From positions 650,160-714,159 of the forward strand of contig JAUSCS010000006.1 in NCBI GenBank assembly GCA_030651135.1: a stretch of DNA of 64,000 nt, in the 5' to 3' direction. Under the pieces are notes generated by a model that searched no databases, was not told the origin of the DNA, and saw only the letters and a program-made list of their open reading frames with translations. The translations under genes were made by a program, and so were the position numbers. Positions within the stretch are counted from its first letter, which is position 1. Each line of letters starts with the position of its first letter. Source of the DNA: Candidatus Woesearchaeota archaeon. Its GTDB lineage: Archaea > Nanobdellota > Nanobdellia > Woesearchaeales > JACPBO01. Below are positions 58,399 to 64,000 of the stretch, piece by piece.

Positions 58399-59337
58399 AT
58401 GCTTTACGAGATAAAAAAAAGGGATTTTAAGGATTATTTGGAGTTTCTTACAGATAAATTTGATCTCATTGCGCCTGTGCAGCAGGAGATCGTAAGGGCC
58501 AAAACTGTCCAGGCTAATGACCTTGTTGTCTTTGACCAGCCGCTGTATCCTGCTAAAAAATTCTTCCTGCCGAAAAGAGAGGAGCTTTTCCTGTTCGAGG
58601 ATAATAAAATAAAGCCAGACAGCGACGAAATTAAAACAACAGTTCTTTTCCTGAACAAATGCGATGCAAATGCTGTTCTAAGGTTTGACAAATTGTTTTT
58701 GCAGGATCCAGTTGACTTAAATTATAAAGCCCACCGCGATAATTCAGCAATAGTCGAGATTCCGTGCGGCAAAATATGCGAAAACAGCTTCTGCGAATCA
58801 ATGAATCTAAAGGATTACTATGATTTAAAGATTTTTGATAATGAAAATTCATACCTTATTGATGTTAAAACTGAAAAAGGAAAAAAATTGCTTAATAAAA
58901 AATTCTTTAAAAAAACCAGCAAGAAAATAAAAAAAGCAAAAATCAATTCTCCAAAAACTTTGAAATTAGGCAAAATAAAAACCAACAATAAAGAAATATG
59001 GGAAGAGAATGGAAAGAAATGCCTGAGCTGCTCTGCATGCACAATTGTCTGCCCTACATGCACCTGCTTTGAGCTTCGCGATGAGCTTGACCTGAACTGC
59101 CAGAACGGCATAAGGCAGAGAGCATGGAGCAGCTGCCAGCAGCTCGACTTTACAGAAGTTGCAGGCGGCCATGCCTTCAGAAGCGCAAGATCAGCAAGAG
59201 TGAGGCACAGGATACTGCACAAATTAAAATATTTCAAAGACAGATTTGGAGATCAGATGTGCGTCGGCTGCGGAAGATGCATAACAGCATGCCCGACTGG
59301 AATTGATATAGTGGAGATTGGAAATAAATTGAGGTGA
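58399..59337 (+). CDS. sulfhydrogenase beta / AsrA-like 4Fe-4S subunit
   Basis: CLSCSACTIVCPTCTC ... CVGCGRCITACP. Confidence 0.65.
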   Translation: MLYEIKKRDFKDYLEFLTDKFDLIAPVQQEIVRAKTVQANDLVVFDQPLYPAKKFFLPKREELFLFEDNKIKPDSDEIKTTVLFLNKCDANAVLRFDKLFLQDPVDLNYKAHRDNSAIVEIPCGKICENSFCESMNLKDYYDLKIFDNENSYLIDVKTEKGKKLLNKKFFKKTSKKIKKAKINSPKTLKLGKIKTNNKEIWEENGKKCLSCSACTIVCPTCTCFELRDELDLNCQNGIRQRAWSSCQQLDFTEVAGGHAFRSARSARVRHRILHKLKYFKDRFGDQMCVGCGRCITACPTGIDIVEIGNKLR

Positions 59338-59343
59338 TATGAA

Positions 59344-60243
59344 ATGGAAGAAAATTTTGTTAACCAGCAATCGATAAATTACAAGGAACCCAAAAAGTTT
59401 CCAAAATTATGGATCGTGCTTATTTTATTGATTATTGTTATCGCAGCTAGTATTTTTGCATTTTTAATATTCACTAAAAAAGAAAAAGCGCTAGATGCTC
59501 AGCAATCAGTGGAAAATTTAACAATATCAAAGCCAAGCATTGAAGCTATCCTTTTATTTGACTCCACATATGGGACAAATATGCTTGTGACAGATTCTCA
59601 AGGCAGAATGACAGGATATGTGAATGATGTTTTATTCATAGATATTCCCAATTCAGATGTACTTGGCGACGCAGGTGAAGGACAAATGATGGTGATAGAG
59701 AATCCTGACTCTGAAAACAATTTTTATACTATACAAATAAGTAAGACAGAAAGCGGTTTGGCCAGTATATCAATAAGTTACACTGATTCAACAACAATAG
59801 ATAGGGAAACGGCTGAGTTCAATGTAGAATCACAAAATCCTGTTTCTCTGAAAGTTTCAATTACTAGTGGTAGCAACCCATTGACAATTAGTCCTGTCAG
59901 TATGGATAATATTCCGCCCAATATGGTGACTGACCTCCGAGTTACCAGTACTAGTGAAAATTCCATCATCTTAGAATGGACCTCTCCCGGAGATGACGGC
60001 ACATCAGGAACAGCGAGTAGTTACGATATAAGGTATTCTACTTCATCCATTACAGAATCAAACTGGAATTCAGCAACAAAATGGCAAGAAAAACAAAATC
60101 CACAACCAGCCGGAGCAATTGAGATTCGCACAATTACAGGGTTATCACCGGGAATGAAATATTATTTTGCACTAAACGCTATTGATGATAAAGGAAACAT
60201 AGCATTGATTTCGAATGGTGCTCAAGCCACTACATTATCATAA
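59344..60243 (+). CDS. membrane-anchored secreted protein with C-terminal fibronectin type III domain
   Basis: TM helix; FN3 block DLRVTSTSENSIILEWTSPGDDG...YDIRYS...YYFALNAID. Confidence 0.5.
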   Translation: MEENFVNQQSINYKEPKKFPKLWIVLILLIIVIAASIFAFLIFTKKEKALDAQQSVENLTISKPSIEAILLFDSTYGTNMLVTDSQGRMTGYVNDVLFIDIPNSDVLGDAGEGQMMVIENPDSENNFYTIQISKTESGLASISISYTDSTTIDRETAEFNVESQNPVSLKVSITSGSNPLTISPVSMDNIPPNMVTDLRVTSTSENSIILEWTSPGDDGTSGTASSYDIRYSTSSITESNWNSATKWQEKQNPQPAGAIEIRTITGLSPGMKYYFALNAIDDKGNIALISNGAQATTLS

Positions 60244-60257
60244 AAAAAACTAAAAAA

Positions 60258-61043
60258 ATGATCAACCCCTATTTCCCGCAAAAACAGAAGATCCTGGACA
60301 TCAAAAAGGAAACAATAGACATAAGCACATATAAAATAAACTTCAGATCAGATCATCTTCCTGGCCAGTTTGTCGAGGTTTACATTCCGAAGATAGGCGA
60401 ATGCCCCATATCACTCAGCTACTATTCAAAAGATCACATTGAGCTTGCTGTAAGGAATGTCGGCAATGTGACTAATGCGATCCACAAGCTGAAAAAAGGC
60501 GGCACAATTTACATCAGAGGGCCTTATGGCCATGGCTATCCGATGAATCTGCTGAAAAATAAGAATCTTACAGTTATTGGCGGAGGAACAGGAGCAGCGC
60601 CATTAAGAGGCGTAATTGAGTTCATAATAAAAAACAGGAAGCAATACAAAAATGTTGATGTATTCCTCGGCTTCAGAAGCCCTGATGACATTTTGTTTAA
60701 ATATGATCTTGAAAAATGGAAAAAGCACATGAATGTTTATCTTACAGTTGACAAGGCAGAAAGCAATTGGAAAGGCAATGTTGGCCTTGTAACAGCATTG
60801 CTTGAAAAGATGCCGCCGAAAAAAGGCTCGATTGCAGTAACATGCGGCCCGCCGGTTATGATAAAGTTTGTAATTGAGTTGCTGGAAAAACAAGGCTTTA
60901 AAGACAGCCAAATATTTGTCTCATTTGAAAGATTAATGCACTGCGGCATCGGCAAATGCGGGCACTGCATGATCGAAGGCTATTACACATGCAGAGACGG
61001 GCCTGTTTTCAGATATGATTTTGTAAAGAATCTGGAGGATTGA
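60258..61043 (+). CDS. sulfhydrogenase gamma / AsrB-like FAD/NAD(P)-binding subunit with C-terminal 2Fe-2S
   Basis: PyrK-like FNR fold; CGIGKCGHCMIEGYYTCRDGP. Confidence 0.7.
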   Translation: MINPYFPQKQKILDIKKETIDISTYKINFRSDHLPGQFVEVYIPKIGECPISLSYYSKDHIELAVRNVGNVTNAIHKLKKGGTIYIRGPYGHGYPMNLLKNKNLTVIGGGTGAAPLRGVIEFIIKNRKQYKNVDVFLGFRSPDDILFKYDLEKWKKHMNVYLTVDKAESNWKGNVGLVTALLEKMPPKKGSIAVTCGPPVMIKFVIELLEKQGFKDSQIFVSFERLMHCGIGKCGHCMIEGYYTCRDGPVFRYDFVKNLED

Positions 61044-61044
61044 A

Positions 61045-62037
61045 ATGAAGATTGCATTTTTCGAAATGGAAGACTGGGAAAAAGAATATATTAAAAAAAA
61101 GCTTAAAGGCAATATTTTATTTTTCAATGACGAATTAAATGAGAAAAATATAAATCAAGTTAAAGATTTTGATATATTGTCTGTTTTTATTTATTCGAAG
61201 ATAAACAGCAATACGCTAAATAACCTTAAAAAACTAAAACTAATAGCAACAAGGTCAACTGGCTATGACCACATTGATATCGAAGAATGCAGAAAAAGAA
61301 AGATTGCAGTAGCCAATGTACCTTATTACGGCGAGAATACAGTTGCAGAGCACACTTTTGCATTAATCCTGTCCTTATCAAGAAAAATTCACAGGGCGTA
61401 TGAAAAAACAGTAAGGGGCGACTTTTCACTTGAAGGATTGAGGGGATTTGACCTTAAAGGCAGAACAATCGGCATTATAGGAGCAGGCCATATCGGGCTT
61501 CATGTTATAAGAATCGCAAATGGTTTTGAAATGAATGTTCTGGCATATGATGTCAAAAGAGACGCAAAGCTAGCGAAAAAGTTTGGCTTCAAATATGCTT
61601 CATTAAATGAGCTTTTAAAAAATTCCGACATAATCAGCTTGCATGCCCCTTACAACAAAGCAACGCATCATCTGATAAATAAAAATAATATAAAGCTGAT
61701 AAAAAAAGGCTCTATTCTGATAAACACAGCAAGGGGCAGCTTAGTTGAAACAGAAGCATTAGTCGAGGCATTGGACAGGGGGATTTTATCAGGGGCAGGC
61801 CTGGATGTGCTTGAAGAAGAACAGCTGGTAAAAGAAGAAAGCGAGCTTCTTTCAAAGAATTACCCGATTGAAACATTAAAGACAGTGATACAGAATCATA
61901 CTTTGCTGAAAAGGGAGAATGTGATTATAACGCCGCACAATGCATTCAACAGCATTGAAGCGCTGCAAAGAATACTCGATACAACAATTGAAAATATTAA
62001 AAGCTTTATGAAGGGAAAAATAATTAATAAAGTTTAA
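61045..62037 (+). CDS. D-isomer-specific 2-hydroxyacid dehydrogenase (D-lactate/phosphoglycerate dehydrogenase-like)
   Basis: GIIGAGHIGLHV, ...HAPY..., catalytic R...E...H layout. Confidence 0.75.
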   Translation: MKIAFFEMEDWEKEYIKKKLKGNILFFNDELNEKNINQVKDFDILSVFIYSKINSNTLNNLKKLKLIATRSTGYDHIDIEECRKRKIAVANVPYYGENTVAEHTFALILSLSRKIHRAYEKTVRGDFSLEGLRGFDLKGRTIGIIGAGHIGLHVIRIANGFEMNVLAYDVKRDAKLAKKFGFKYASLNELLKNSDIISLHAPYNKATHHLINKNNIKLIKKGSILINTARGSLVETEALVEALDRGILSGAGLDVLEEEQLVKEESELLSKNYPIETLKTVIQNHTLLKRENVIITPHNAFNSIEALQRILDTTIENIKSFMKGKIINKV

Positions 62038-62038
62038 G

Positions 62039-62815
62039 ATGGAAAAAAACGAGAAGCTTAAAGTTGGAATATTTGCATTGACAAGCTGTCAGGGCTGCAT
62101 GTGGAACATCCTTAATTTAGAGCATAATCTGATTGAGTTGATGAAGCTAGTCAATATAGCGCATTTCGAGCTGATCAAAAAAAAGAATGAAGAAGGCCCT
62201 TTTGATGTTGCGCTTATTGAAGGCTGCATTACAACAGAAGAGGAGCAGCAGCAGGCAATTAAAATAAGGGAAAAAAGCAAATTCGTGATTGCATTTGGAA
62301 CATGCGCGACTTACGGCGGGGTTCCAACAATAAGAAATTTTCTTGACTTGCATGACCAGATTGAAGCTCTGCCTCCGAATCCATTATTCTTAAAGCAAAT
62401 TGCTGCCAGAGGCATAGATGCTTTCATAAAAGTTGATTATTTCATGCGCGGCTGCCCAATTGACAAGAGAGACTTCATAAATGTAATGAAAGACCTTGTT
62501 GTTGGAAAAAAGCCAAAGCAGATAACTCATAATGTTTGCTTTGAATGCAGGCAGAAAGAGAATATCTGTCTGCTGCAGAAAGGCGAGCCCTGCATGGGGC
62601 CGATAACATATGCTGGCTGCAATGCTTTATGCCCTTCGCATTCAATCCCCTGCTATGGCTGCTTCGGACCTATGGAAGATGCAAATCTTGATGCTGAAAT
62701 AGAGCTGTTTAAAAAATGCGGCCTGACAACAGACGATATTAAAAGGTATTTCAGGACATTCGCAGGAACGTCAAAAGTTTTCAAGAAGTTCAATGAAGAG
62801 GTTGTAAAACAATAA
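62039..62815 (+). CDS. NiFe hydrogenase small (delta) subunit, group 3
   Basis: GIFALTSCQGCMWNILN...GTCATYGG. Confidence 0.75.
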   Translation: MEKNEKLKVGIFALTSCQGCMWNILNLEHNLIELMKLVNIAHFELIKKKNEEGPFDVALIEGCITTEEEQQQAIKIREKSKFVIAFGTCATYGGVPTIRNFLDLHDQIEALPPNPLFLKQIAARGIDAFIKVDYFMRGCPIDKRDFINVMKDLVVGKKPKQITHNVCFECRQKENICLLQKGEPCMGPITYAGCNALCPSHSIPCYGCFGPMEDANLDAEIELFKKCGLTTDDIKRYFRTFAGTSKVFKKFNEEVVKQ

Positions 62816-62816
62816 A

Positions 62817-64000
62817 ATGGAAACTAACCACACAATCAAGCTCAACCACATTGCAAAGATCGAAGGCCATGCAAAGCTGAATATCAGGATAGAAAACGGC
62901 AGGGTTGAAAAGGCAAAAATAGAAACATTTGAAGGAGCAAGGTTTTTTGAAGACATCATAAAGAACAGAAAATACGGGGATGCCCCTGTGCTTACTTCAA
63001 GGATCTGCGGCACATGCTCGCCTTCGCATCTTGTAACGTCGTTAAAAGCTGTTGAGGATGCATTTAATGTTAAAGTCAGCGAGCAGACAAAATTGCTGAG
63101 AGAGCTGCTTGTTTTGGGCTCTTATCTGCAGAATCACACCCTGCATTTATATTTCCTTTCACTGCCGGATTACCTTGGCTTTGACTCTGCAATTGAGATG
63201 GCTTCTAAGCATCCGAAAGAGGTTGAAAGGGCATTGAAGATTAAAAAAATAGGGAATGAGATTGTTTCGATAATAGGCGGCAGGGAAGTGCATCCTATAA
63301 CGCCGATAATCGGGGGATTTTCAAAACTGCCTCCAAAAAACGAAGTGAATGCTTTGCTTAGAATGCTTGAAAGCATAAAGCAGGATGCAGTCGAATCTGT
63401 CAAATTATTTTCTAATCTGAAATATCCTTCATTTGAGCGGGAGACAAAATATTTTGCACTCAAATCTGACACTTATTCTCTTGTTGACGGAGCAATATCC
63501 TGCACAGGCAATATGTGCATTCCAACCAAGGATTACCAGAATCATTTTAAGGAATATTTCGAGGAAGGCTCAAAATCAGAATTCGTTGTTGCAGAGGGCA
63601 ACAGCTATATGGTTGGCGCTTTGGCAAGGCTCAACAATAATTTTGAAAAGTTGCCTAAAGACATTCAGGATCTGGTTCCATTCAGGGCTCCAAGCTTTTC
63701 ACCTTTCAGCAATAATGTGGCGCAGGCAATTGAGCTTGTTTTCTGCGTTGAAAGGGCAGTTGAAATTTTGCAGAATCTTGAGCTGGAAGATGAAGGCTGC
63801 GCTGAAATAAAGGTCAAAGCTGGCAGAGGAGTTGGGATTACAGAAGCTCCAAGGGGGATGCTGTTCCACGATTATACTTTCGATGGAAACGGCTTTGTGG
63901 CAAAAGCCAACATTACAACTCCGACATCGCAGAACCTGAGGAACATGGAAGATGATATAAAGGCATTCCTGCCCGGAATACTGAATCTGAAAGAAAGCGA
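62817..64000 (+). CDS. NiFe hydrogenase large (alpha) subunit, 3' end beyond the window
   Basis: Not in the track (no in-window stop). METNHTIKLNHIAKIEGHAKL...RICGTCSPSHL carries the N-terminal Ni-binding CxxC. Confidence 0.8.
   Translation, partial: METNHTIKLNHIAKIEGHAKLNIRIENGRVEKAKIETFEGARFFEDIIKNRKYGDAPVLTSRICGTCSPSHLVTSLKAVEDAFNVKVSEQTKLLRELLVLGSYLQNHTLHLYFLSLPDYLGFDSAIEMASKHPKEVERALKIKKIGNEIVSIIGGREVHPITPIIGGFSKLPPKNEVNALLRMLESIKQDAVESVKLFSNLKYPSFERETKYFALKSDTYSLVDGAISCTGNMCIPTKDYQNHFKEYFEEGSKSEFVVAEGNSYMVGALARLNNNFEKLPKDIQDLVPFRAPSFSPFSNNVAQAIELVFCVERAVEILQNLELEDEGCAEIKVKAGRGVGITEAPRGMLFHDYTFDGNGFVAKANITTPTSQNLRNMEDDIKAFLPGILNLKES

Noticed and set aside
1-64000. CRISPR arrays, IS/transposase/integrase genes, tRNA or rRNA genes
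   Set aside because: No regularly spaced direct repeats, no transposase or integrase-like ORFs, and no cloverleaf-compatible segments, such as GTTCRANYC T-arm signatures, were found on either strand by eye. A tRNAscan or Infernal run would be needed to confirm the absence of tRNAs.

Overview
Low-GC (about 35%), tightly packed archaeal chromosome segment with overlapping start/stop codons and frequent GGAGGTG Shine-Dalgarno use. Archaeal hallmarks include S3Ae, L41e, endonuclease Q, archaeal-type Ogg, Mre11/HerA, TrmB and GatAB. Many small Lys-rich membrane proteins suggest a DPANN-like, Woesearchaeota-type lineage; this is an inference. Roughly 88 genes. Housekeeping genes: gatA (5'-truncated by the window edge), gatB, aroD, rps3ae, rpl41e, malate/lactate dehydrogenase, a cysteine desulfurase, and two LeuA-like proteins, one of them an unusual HMGL-YrdC fusion. 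DNA repair genes: Mre11, HerA-like, Ogg and EndoQ. Surface proteins: two tandem Ig-like repeat proteins and an 876-aa TM-anchored glycoprotein. The main accessory content is a metal and thiol-redox region at about 32-48.7 kb. It includes a PCYCGC-motif protein, thioredoxin/DsbA-fold proteins, a cupredoxin, a Met-rich protein, an ArsR operon, a TRASH protein, an HFCD flavoprotein, a CDGSH protein and CopA. The same stretch carries an uncharacterised family of membrane-anchored proteins ending in MVGGC, and tiny SD-led ORFs ending in GCC. A group-3b-like NiFe sulfhydrogenase operon at the 3' end is interrupted by an FN3 protein and a D-2-hydroxyacid dehydrogenase; the alpha subunit is 3'-truncated by the window edge. 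A roughly 200-nt GC-rich island at 14.05-14.25 kb is a candidate structured ncRNA lying beside an unlisted L41e micro-gene. No CRISPR array, transposase or integrase was seen.
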